Source of the DNA: Seison nebaliae
Taxonomy: Eukaryota
DNA: 64,000 bases
NCBI GenBank assembly: GCA_023231475.1
Contig: JALJEE010000349.1
Coordinates: forward strand, 62,001-126,000
Direction of reading: 5' to 3'
Shown: positions 49,082-60,511 of the stretch, piece after piece
Layout: each line of letters begins with the position of its first letter
How positions within the stretch are numbered: position 1 is the stretch's first letter
Translations under genes and position numbers: made by a program
The notes under the pieces: generated by a model
Database searches by the model: none
What the model was told of the DNA's origin: nothing
Seen by the model: only the letters and a program-made list of their open reading frames with translations

Positions 49082-52000
49082 ATGTTCGTTCGAGACATCA
49101 CCTGTTTCAAGTGGCAAAAGAAGGAGGATATCGCACAACGACTTTGGCGTGCAATACACAACAACACCCAATCGTTATATAATGAGATGCAGACAATGCC
49201 AAAAAATGCAACACTTCTTATTTATAATATGACGCAACAGACGAAACATGTCATCGTTCGTGATGGTCATATTTGGCAATTGAGAAATGATTCTCGAATA
49301 AGATCCGATCGACTTCATAAGAAGTTGGATAGTGGACAAGCGGAATATGTGAAAGAAAGATTTCTCAAAGATTATTCTTTGGACGTCGAATTGAATTGTC
49401 GATATTCTCATTCTGATATTCTCCCACCGTTTAAACGACGAATTTATTGGTTAGATGTCCGAAGGAATGATCCTGTTTCTGGTGATGTGAAAATACGACG
49501 TTTATTGCCATGCATTCATCTCTATCACTATTTGATTGATGCGACGAATATTTTGAAAACGACATCAAATAAAACATCCCGGTCAAATAATAGAAGTCGT
49601 AATCAGGAAAAGAATAACGATGAGAATTTATCGATTTTCATTGATGGAAATTGTTTGAAAAGAAGATTAATTGATAGGAAAATTCTCTTAATAAATCCAG
49701 TCACTACAACGACAACCACCACTACATCATCATCATCATCATTGATAACAACTGGTTCTACAGGAGTCAGTTCGAATGGAACTGATGAAAATCAAGAAAT
49801 CAAACGGAAATTAGAGACTGTCAATGAGAATTTCATGAAAATTCTTCGGGAACATTTATCGTCCATTTTATGGCCGGCAAGTTATCTGCAAATACATGAA
49901 TTTAACTTACTCTTAGCCGCATTAGTGGACGAACGTCAAATAAAACTGGAAATGATTCCATCAAATCAATCTGATTTCATACGACTCCATCAACTTAATA
50001 ATTTTACTGCTCCCTCATTAAATTTCGATGATGATCATGCACCGTTCTTCTGGTATCAAATTTCGATACAATACCAATTTTCACATCCGGCAGCATTGTC
50101 GATTATGACCAATTATAAAAATTATCAAACTCTGTCCAATTTTCCCATTTCTTCAACGGTTGAAATACCGCCCACAACGTCCACGTTCGATTTAGTAACA
50201 ACAACAGCAACGACGAAAGTTAATTTAGAATCGAATTATTTATTAACTACTGATAGTTGTCACATGGCTGCCATTTCCATATCTGATTCGACGAGTTCGA
50301 TGGGAAAGAATTTCGTCAAGACACCGAAACAAATTTGGCATTTATGGCCGACAGATTTCTCTTCGAAAGACAACGGTTATTTATATTTGATGAGCAAAGA
50401 ATTCGATCAATTATTATTACAACAAAATTATCAGGATAAATTGACATTAGTCGTTGAGATATCTGATGAGAAGAATGTCGTCGTTATTCCCAGTACGAAA
50501 TTGATATTTTCTGTTTCATTAGTCTCCTGTCAAATGTTCATGTTATCAATTCAAACATTCTTCCGAACTTTATTGGAACAAACGAATCAGTTGACGATTA
50601 ATGTCCAATATTATCTTTCATTATTCTCTCTGGAAAATGGATCGATTCACATCGATGGAAAATCGAATCAAATTGCTTTTTGTTTATTTGATAATAATAT
50701 CGATCAATTCGATGATGAACCATTGCCATTAATATTACCCATTTCCATCACCACAAATTATTCGAGTGAAGATGATATGATGAACGAGTCATCACATCTT
50801 CGTGAGATTGCTCAAACGGTAATCGACGCCATCGATTCCTTAAGTCATGAACGGAACACCAATATATTAGGGAAGACAAAAACGTCGTTTTCATCAACAG
50901 CCTCATCATTTCCATTCTCAACTATTAGTCAATTGCCGATACGCAACATTTCATCTTCCGCCATCAATCGACAGGATCATTTGTCCAATTTCAATAATTC
51001 TCAAACGATTTCCACCAAAAACTCTTCGACATCATTTTTGATCAGTTCATCATTCCTTCCATCGTCAACTACTTTAGTGAAGAATTCATCGAATGAGCCC
51101 GTTACAAAAACATGTTCGGATATGATAGCAGTATCAACGATTGATCCTCTATGTAGTTCCATGAGAATGGAAAAGAATTCCTGTGAGAAATTTTTGGAAA
51201 CGAACGAAATGAATGAAGGAACTTCATATCAGTCGACGAACGACGATAAACATTTGGAAGAATCGAAATTAACAAAGGAATCTTCTTCTCGGTCACCTCC
51301 ACCATCAGCTGATGATTTATCAGCTTTCCTTCATTCGACCAACATCGAAGATGAATTCCAAAATTTGACTTTGACAGAAAATGAGAGAAATGAATTTTAT
51401 CGTGCGGCAATCACAATTCAGAAAGCATACCGTCGATCAAAACGACGACGAACCACACACGAAACGAGTGATCCGAAAACGTTGAAAAGTGAACAAACTT
51501 ATATCAAAGAAGAATTGAAGAGAACGACACCAACACCATCTAATAGTATTGAGGGACATAATCTATCAAATGTTTTCTCGTCGGAACAGGTGGTGAAGAA
51601 TTCACATGAACTATCAGATAATCAATCAGGAATTAAATTTAATTCAGTTAAACGAATTGAAGAAATTCCATTTGATTCTACAATTAATTCAAATGACAAT
51701 TTAATTGATATTTTCGATTATTCAACTGATAATTCAATTTATCCGTCTTGTCCATTCAGCGATTCCGGCATGTTTTATAGTCAAAGTTTTGATGGAATTA
51801 TGAACGATTATAATAATTCTTTCTCATTCAATTCTTCTTTTGAACAACTCAGACAATTCAATAATACATCCCATTCCACCGAACACATCCTTCTACATCC
51901 CAGTGACCGGAACAACAATTTCTTCCATTCCCAATCACCCGAAGAGAATGAAAACGAATCAAATTTCTTCTCATTCAACACCATCCCTTCTATTGATGCC

Positions 52001-52775
52001 ACTCTCAACAATTTCTCTCAAGAATGTGGCGATAAATTTTTATTTCCCTCCGACAAAATTAAAGAAGAAAATCAATTCCAAAATGACAATTGTCAAACGA
52101 ACAGCAAATCAGAGAAATATCAAAACTCTTTATCGATCTCTAATGAAATTGTCAATTCAAATAAATATTTCCCATCACACACTTATATGACTGATGGTTA
52201 TTGTCCGAAAGAATTCCACAATTCAACTACACCAAATTTATCTAATTCGAATTTGGATGCTCAATCCATTCACTTATCTCGAGCTTATCAACCAGAATTG
52301 AAATATCAAATGCCATCGATAGTCGATTGGACTTTCCCCGACCACCAGCCCAACGACTTCTCCTCTCTACATCTAAATGAACGGACTACTGATAATCATA
52401 TCAATGAACAGGTGTCAATGGACAACGATACATCCGAAATCGACATCATCCACAAAATCAATCAACGACCTGTCGCCAAATTGCCCATCGAAGAATTCTC
52501 CGGTATCGATCATGATGAATTTGTCGATGCTGCCATTTGTATCCAGAAGTATTACAGACGATATAAACAAGTTTCGAAATTAGATTTTATTAAATTTTCA
52601 ATTTACTCTATTTCAGTTTACTGAATATCGTCGATTATGTGAAGCGACAAAATTCATCCAAAATCGATTTTGGCATCGACTCAAATCGGAGAAGACTGAA
52701 CTGAATGAATTGAATGAGAATCGAAAGAGAACGCAACAAATCGACCAATACATTAAACAAACGTTAGTAAATTGA
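49082..52775 (+). CDS. CAMTA: Calmodulin-binding transcription activator (CAMTA), divergent; 3' end uncertain
   Basis: CG-1-like domain KWQKKEDIA...PKNATLLIYN...RDGHIW...YSHSDILPPFKRRIYWL...HYL. CAMTA-type EFQNLTLTENERNEFYRAAITIQKAYRR and AAICIQKYYRRYKQ. An intron at 52571-52616 is followed by ATKFIQNRF. Confidence 0.88.
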
Positions 52776-53965
52776 AGATTCGACATGAGAGAATGGAAGA
52801 AGAATTTTCTTTCATTCTAAATCATCTGTAGTTTGTTCCAATAATTAAATCATAAATATCTGATTATCTCTTCTTTTGCTGTTAATTCATATCATTTGAT
52901 GGATACTTATTCTTTCCAATTTTTTCTTTTTTTGTGCCGATGGACTAACAGCATACTCCAATTATATGCGATCTGCCAGGTAATCGACAATTATATCAAT
53001 TTAGTTGCTTCTCTTGTACGTGTTTCATTTCGTCATTCTTCTCTTCCATCTCACGAAGCGAAATGGTGAAGGAATCTGTGAAAATTATTTATAAATTTTT
53101 CGACACTGTTTCGTTATTGTAATAAATTTATCAATTTTGTTTTTTACTTGTATCTGTCCACTTACCATTTCATGGCAATGTAATTTTGTGCAATTTATTC
53201 TTTATCCTCTAACTGTTCTCCTTTCGATCAGGCATAGCTCCTGAATTGCCCATAAACGACATTAAATAGAAGAGGACTATAAAACGACAAATACGATGAT
53301 CACTATCCATTATTCCATTTCATTCAATTTCTTCTTTTCCATTTCGAATGAAATCGATCCATAAATATCATATAATTTCATCGAATTCTCTCATTCTCGT
53401 CAATTGCGAGAGTGTTCGTGAAAATTAATTGTCAGTTATTCTTCTCAAAAATGAGAGGAAGATTTAGTGTGAAATATTATTCATCAAACAAATGATGCAT
53501 TATTATGAGGCAGTCCTATTTCTACTTCACTTTTCAATCTCCTTCAAACTTTAGTGATGTAATGTGTCCTGTATGTGTCAAATTATTTCACCATTCGTCA
53601 TGTTTCGGAGCTTTCCTAGAGAACACCATATCCCGAACTGGTCGATTGAAAGTAGATTAGATGTGTCTGTTATTGTGATTCAAAATTTCCAATTAACTTC
53701 ATTTTCTTCACAAATCTCTCCCATCAATTGTGTTCCTTTTTTTTTCAATCATATTCATTCAAAAAGTTTTCTAAAGTTTTCTTTCTTTTTTTTTCAAATA
53801 TCCACACCTCGAAATGGAACCGTCACAATGGAATGATATATAGGAGGCCAACATGGAGCAGAAAGTGAAAAAAAACCTTCGAAGATGAATCCGGTGTAAA
53901 GTTTTCAGAAGATCATTATTTTATTCTGACATGTTTATAAAAAAGACTAATTTTCGTCTCCGCAA

Positions 53966-54007
53966 CCACACACAAACACACGCACACACACACACACACA
54001 GACACAC
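53966..54007. repeat. (CA)n microsatellite, imperfect
   Basis: cacacacaaacacacgcacacacacacacacacagacacac. Confidence 0.85.
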
Positions 54008-56967
54008 CTAATACTCTTTCATCGGAACATTATGACAATGTTGTGACTATTTTTTTTCGTTGAAGATTTATATGGAGGAAAATTAAAAATTTATTTAATC
54101 AAAACTCTATTCAGATTTATTCGTTTTTTCTTCCACTTAATAAAAGAAAGTTTGAGTAAGCGCCAGAGAGGATTACCTCCCTTGTCTATCATCTCCCTTC
54201 GCATTGGAACTGCAAGCAGCAGAAAGTGAGGAATATGTTAACTTGAAGTAGATAAAGTGTTTATTCTTCTCCCTTAAACGTCTCTCCATCTAATGACTTC
54301 TCCAATTTTGCGTATTAGTTTAAAATGAATTACATTATACGATTTTCTTCTGACGCATTACCATTTAGAAGGGACAATATTCCTCCGAGTTACAAAATAT
54401 CAAGCGGAATAAAGTAGAAAATGATTTTTATGCTTTTGACGACGAACAAGGGAATTGATGTCGTGCATTTGTCATTCAAAAACTATGTTGGCGACTATGT
54501 ATCTTCCTGCAGTAAAGCAAAAGATTATATCGTTAATTGTTATGCAACTTCATCATTCTTCTGCAATCATGTCTCGTCGAACGACTTTACAAATGAAGCA
54601 GGATGCATTAACGGCAAATTCCCAAATATTCTACTAAACTTTTCTAAATGGAAATGAAGAAAGTACTGGAAATGAGATTTCGATAAGGTGAACGAGAGAA
54701 GACATCGACCGTTGGATTACGTAAATGAATGGCATTATCATTAGACAAATTGCGAACAGTTTCATTCCTTATCGACTAATACTTATCATCGATGACCGTA
54801 AAAAGTAGTTGAAGTTCTCATTCGAATGTCAAATATGTTCGGATGACATTCTCATCTAATAAACTTGCTGCAACTTTTCTTCCTTGAAACTTTGCTGCCT
54901 CCCAATTCTCTCTCCCAGCCAATCAACCCGATAACAACTTCTCTAATGTGTTCGTCGAAAGTTGTTAAAGATTTTATTAAAAATTTCCTGATATAAGTGT
55001 GAAGGTAAATAATCGATAGAATTTAATACAATCGAAGAATATTTATGATAAGAACATTTTTGAATTTTCACCAAGTCGGAGAGCTTGACGATTTATTAAG
55101 ATGGAATGGGAAAATACCAACAAGTTATATCTTTTCTAAACAGAATTCGGACCGATATCTCTTTCGGAGTAACAATAATGGAGAAATTCAAGGAATGAGT
55201 TTTCTCCAGTTTTCCAATTTGGAATGATTAATATATTTGATAAAGAAAATGTATACCGTTTATTGGCATGATGATTTGTTGCATGAAATATTAAAGATTT
55301 CGAAGCACGTTTCACTGGAAAGGAAATTGACTATTGGAATCACTAGATCGTCAAAACCCGATTACATGTTATGCTACCTTCTCACTTCCACATTAATCCA
55401 ATTAGTTTCCGAACAATAATGTGGACGTAACATAATCAATAAAATTCTTTTCTCTACAACACCTCTTTTATTCAACAATATGAATAACTGAAATTTGAGT
55501 TGATGTCGACGAATTTCTGTTTAGAAATTTCCCAATCAGTTTACGATAATGAGAGTCATTGTGAATTGGAAATTTTGTGGGCGGAAATGAGAAAGATCAA
55601 TTCTATGCGAAAAAGGTCGATAGGAACTAACAAAAAAAAAGTTCCGGTCCTAATGAGCGAATATTTTGTGACCTTTTACTATAATCACGAAAAGGTTACT
55701 GAAAATCCTTTAGTTTAGTTAAAAGTATTCGGTCGAAGTATTTTTTATGAATTCTTTTTCGAAATATCTTTATGAAGAACTTGAATTGCTTTCAGAATTA
55801 GTTAGACATATTATAATTCGTATAATATGCAATTATAGGGGAATGAAATAGATGTTTTATTAGTCTATTAGTTTTAATTCTTCCAATTTTGATTTCTTAT
55901 CTTTCCTGCCAGTTGGATTAGAGGAATTAAGAAGTCGATTATACGAATTCGATTTTCCGAAAAATAATAACGTTGCGTGAAATAATTTCCCTTGAAATTA
56001 GGAATGACGAGAGATTGGAAGAGAAGGTGAATTATCGAATGATGTGAAAATGACGAAGTGGATGATTGTTAATTTGAGACCATATTAGTCCGTATATCGG
56101 TATGAAAAAAGCCAATAAGAGCGGGTAATACTATACAAGATTGGTCGACATCCTTTCCCATTTTATTCAGTTAGTAAATAGATATAATGTAAGGTTTTCT
56201 TGCTTCCGATTTATTCCTAACGCCTCTTCATCTACGAAAAAATAATAATAAGGAAACGAGATATGGCTTAAATAAATGGACTGATAATCATTAGAATAAT
56301 TTGAAGGGGAGAAATGAACATGAAATTTCTATTGCTCATTTTCGTCGATTCTTTATATTTTTTTCTTCCCTTCCTCCAATCCATCATTACCATTTAATGA
56401 GCATTATGAAAATTTATTGCTGAGTCAACCTATTTTCCGCTGGCACGATCTCGAGCATACATCTTTACCGCCGTTCATCAATTTCTCGTTCTTGTATATG
56501 CGAATTCGAAACTGCGATAAGATATCTGATATGATATGATGAGAAGATGATCTGTTGTTGGGCGAGTGTGGTTGGGTAGAGAGGAGGGTGATATTTAATC
56601 CATCGATTCGATTCTCTAAACATTAGACTAATTATTATTCAATGATTCAACGAGAGTCAATAAGATATTGTGTCTTGTTTGGAAATCGTTGGTAGTATCA
56701 CCCATTACTTTCTTCGACAATTCGCAGGAGATAAGGAGAAGACCAGTAGAGATAATAGAAGTCAGAAGGAATTGTCATGCCTCATTCCTCATTCGATATA
56801 AGAAGTGATTGTTTATTTGTTCTTTCATTGCATCATCATTATATCACATTGTCATTGGTGTGAATTCCTTCTTCTTCCTTTTCATTTCATTCTGTTGAAA
56901 AAACACATAATCATTCATCGACATAGAACTTTCAATCTATATTTCAGATTTACATAGATAACCACCG

Positions 56968-57339
56968 ATGGTCTATTGCAAATCAATATTGTTCTCCATT
57001 TATATTATCCTCTCCGTCGTAAGCGCCGCGAGAACTGATCTATGGGATAATGTCGATAACGTCCTCTACAATGACGCTAATAATAAGAACAGTGGGAAAG
57101 AGGTTGACAGTCCACTCTATTATCGTCTAATCGCACTCAAACAACTCATTGATGAACTGCCAAGATGGAGTGACGAATCTTTCGACAAACGAAATGCTCC
57201 AACCGCTTACTGGGGTAGGAAGAGAGCCGCTCCCGCTGCCTATTGGGGTAAACGTGAAGCACCAACAGCATTTTGGGGAAAACGGTCACCCAACTTCCCA
57301 AATATCAAACGTAACGCACCAACTGCGTATTGGGGTTGA
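56968..57339 (+). CDS. Neuropeptide precursor yielding four xAPxA(Y/F)W-amide peptides
   Basis: Signal peptide, then KR-NAPTAYWG-RKR-AAPAAYWG-KR-EAPTAFWG-KR-SPNFPNI-KR-NAPTAYWG-stop. Dibasic cleavage sites and Gly amide donors are present. Confidence 0.93.
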   Translation: MVYCKSILFSIYIILSVVSAARTDLWDNVDNVLYNDANNKNSGKEVDSPLYYRLIALKQLIDELPRWSDESFDKRNAPTAYWGRKRAAPAAYWGKREAPTAFWGKRSPNFPNIKRNAPTAYWG

Positions 57340-58512
57340 ATCGAATCATATTTTCTCGCCCTCATTTCAACAAGTGCACTCATTTCTAGAGATTGCAAAT
57401 GCTAATTCTCATGTAGCAGACGTGAAAACATTAACCGTTGGAAATTTCGTAAAACCATCGAATTATTTTCATTCAATTTTCATTTCGATCTATTTATCCT
57501 CCTTGATTCTCCTGAATTAGCATTCAATGAAACTGCAACAAATCTGCTGCAATTTTTCAATATATTTTTCTCTCACTTCTATTCTTTCTTACTTAATGTT
57601 GTTCGTCAAATTAAAAATTTTATTTCAAAAAAACTTTTTATTTCTTTTCTTCATCTAATCTCTTCATTCCGAATACTTCACTAATGCATCACCCATTATT
57701 CACTTGTCACTAGACGTCACATCTATCACGTCTCTTCCACTTAATTGAAAGAATAATAAAGAAAAGTTCGGTATTGCTACCGTTCAGCAAACCGGTACAA
57801 TTTCTATCTTCAATTGACAAACTTTACTAACCAATTATAGTCATAAACATCCGGTAAAAAAGATGATTTTAAGATAGATTAAAATTAAATGTATAGATTG
57901 AAGAAATTTAAAATGGACAAAGAAGATGTTTGAAGAATCAATATGGAAGTTAAAACTTTGTTTCAATCAATCAAAATTATCATTCAAATAATCCATGTCA
58001 TTACGATATGGATTCATTTTTCGTAATAGAATGATAATCAAATGGTAAATATGAAATCAAAAAATTTAAAGAATTTTTTTGATTTAAGTATGAAGAATAC
58101 TATGAATAGAAATGTTAGAGATAAATGAAAACATTTAAAATGATAGTCGTAAAGTTGGATTATAGAATAACAACAATTTCTCCAACATATGATCGATTAT
58201 CATATCAATCGATATCGTTATCATGATGAATAATTGTCATGAGAATAGAATGATGAAGAATTGGTGAAGCTTTTCTTGAGAATTGTTAATTTAGTGTCAA
58301 TTCATTTTGATAATTGAGAATATGCTCACGATTTTCTAAACATAAGATTCGAATCTATAACTTCTATTCATCATTTCATTTCTTAATGTTCAATTGATGT
58401 TAAGGACGATTAGTGATAGAGATAGGGATTGCTCCAATTCGCCGAAAAACGATAATTCAACGATATTTTCATAAAGTCTCCCAACTTCACAAGTCACGAC
58501 AATTTGTTTGTG

Positions 58513-60384
58513 ATGAATAACCAGGAACGACTGAAGAGATATCAATCAAGGAAGAAATTCTCCTTACCCATTTCACTCAATGAATCTTTATCTCAAATGA
58601 TTGGACAACATCGTCGACGGACATGTTCCATGTCGGATAGCAATAAAATGGGAGGAATAGATGTCGACAAGATGATCGATGATCAGATTAATGACATTTT
58701 AGATGACGAATTGGCCAAACAGAACCTTTACCAATTTCTCCTTCGATATTCTGGTGCTCATCCGAATAATGAATATGTCTCTTCTCTCGGAACAACGAAT
58801 GTTGTCGAATGGAATTTCAATTTTATTTCAATCGATCAATTAATAGCAACAGATGATTTTAGTCCAATAAAGAAGAATATCGATTCAGTAGAGATCGAAG
58901 GACATTTGCGAAGAGAAATTTCCAATCTGATGCAACTGAATCGTCGTCAAAATTTGAATGATATTCAGTATCTTTCTTTCGTCAAATGTCCGAAGGAAAT
59001 GATCGATGAAATGGAATTAAATATCGATTCCAAGAAGATGGAAAATTCGTCATTGTTATCGAGGAGATTTTGGAAGAAATTCTGGAAATTGATCTTCTCC
59101 ATTATTCATTCGGCTAATTATATCAGATATACGTCAACTGTTCAGAATCATCAGATTTCTATTTTGTTCATACAAAAGGAACATTTATCATTCACATTCC
59201 TTTTGGGACAAGACCAAGTGAATATTGACGGTGGTGCATTTCATTACTCTCTCATATATTTTCATGGAATGCGACTACTGTTCATAACGACGACGATAAA
59301 TGATGAACAAATGGAAGATGATGAAATGAGGAAACAGTTTCTCATTCAAATATTCCTGTATAATATGTCGATATTGGAATCGAAAGAATCATATCACGAT
59401 TTACACGATCTTTGTTTCCAACGAATAAATCCATTTGAACTTGATAAAAGTATTAATTCTCAATCAAAAACATCGGAAAAGAAACCGTTAAAATTAGCCG
59501 ATTCCTTTGATTATGTCATATGTTCCGGATATTTAGGATTTTCTCTAACCCACATCGATTTAAATCAAATTCATAATTTACTTGATAAGAATTCCATTTC
59601 CAATTTATTCTCTCATGATACTCTCAATATTGGATCAATCGATAAACGATTACCATCCGTCGCATTGATGGAAGAGGAAGTCAATTTTATTCCAACTTTT
59701 CCAGTTTATCTCACAAAAAATTTCGATCGTCTCTATTTCCACAACGAATTACCGTCGTGGTCCGATCGGATATTGTTCGGGGTTAAACGTTCCTCTTATG
59801 GTTCATGTTCACCGTTGACTTACAATTCCGTTAGTCAACCACTCTATTACATTCCCACTCGACATTTGCCGGTTCGAGGTGAATTCGAATTTCTTCTCGA
59901 TTCGATCGATTCGGAAGAGAATGCAAGAATTGATAAAATGGAGAAATTGAATGAATATGAAATTAATGTCATTTTCACCATCATATTTCCTTCAATCAAT
60001 CTCTGTCAATCGATTTGTAGCGAATGTCAATTCTTTAATCGAATCTTCCAAAAGTATTCGGATGAACGAAAAATATTTATTCAACTCACTAATTATCAAA
60101 TGAATCATATCCATCAACAACTCTCATTAGAACAATGTCAATTATATGGAAGTCTCAATCTTCTTCCATGTAATGATCGAAACGATAATTCATCATCTTC
60201 TTCAACATCTCTCCCATTCGACAGGATTAAATGGAAACATTTGAAAATGATAAGAAATGATCGACGAACATATCAATGTTCTCTTCGACTACCATCAGAA
60301 GTTGTAAAGGAAAACGATTTTTATTTTATTCGAATTCATCAGAAAGAATTGGACGTTCCAATTTGTTTCCGCAAATTCAATTAA
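58513..60384 (+). CDS. Inositol polyphosphate 5-phosphatase-like protein, probably catalytically dead, intronless
   Basis: FDYVICSGYLGFSL, EEEVNFIPTF, PSWSDRILF and TRHLPVRGEF occur in the order of the family motifs GDLNFR, E..I.F.PTY, PSWCDRIL and SDHxPV. Confidence 0.78.
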   Translation: MNNQERLKRYQSRKKFSLPISLNESLSQMIGQHRRRTCSMSDSNKMGGIDVDKMIDDQINDILDDELAKQNLYQFLLRYSGAHPNNEYVSSLGTTNVVEWNFNFISIDQLIATDDFSPIKKNIDSVEIEGHLRREISNLMQLNRRQNLNDIQYLSFVKCPKEMIDEMELNIDSKKMENSSLLSRRFWKKFWKLIFSIIHSANYIRYTSTVQNHQISILFIQKEHLSFTFLLGQDQVNIDGGAFHYSLIYFHGMRLLFITTTINDEQMEDDEMRKQFLIQIFLYNMSILESKESYHDLHDLCFQRINPFELDKSINSQSKTSEKKPLKLADSFDYVICSGYLGFSLTHIDLNQIHNLLDKNSISNLFSHDTLNIGSIDKRLPSVALMEEEVNFIPTFPVYLTKNFDRLYFHNELPSWSDRILFGVKRSSYGSCSPLTYNSVSQPLYYIPTRHLPVRGEFEFLLDSIDSEENARIDKMEKLNEYEINVIFTIIFPSINLCQSICSECQFFNRIFQKYSDERKIFIQLTNYQMNHIHQQLSLEQCQLYGSLNLLPCNDRNDNSSSSSTSLPFDRIKWKHLKMIRNDRRTYQCSLRLPSEVVKENDFYFIRIHQKELDVPICFRKFN

Positions 60385-60511
60385 ATTCATTTTTTCTTTT
60401 TAAATTCTTTTAAAAATATTTAAAGAATTCTCATTCTTTTTAGGAGTTGATTCAGGATTGTTGGATTTTTTTAAAATTTTAAAAAAAGGAAAATTTTTAT
60501 TTATTTTAAAT

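Noticed and set aside
54421..54657. Cys-containing 78-aa ORF
   Set aside because: No signal peptide, family motif or splice support.
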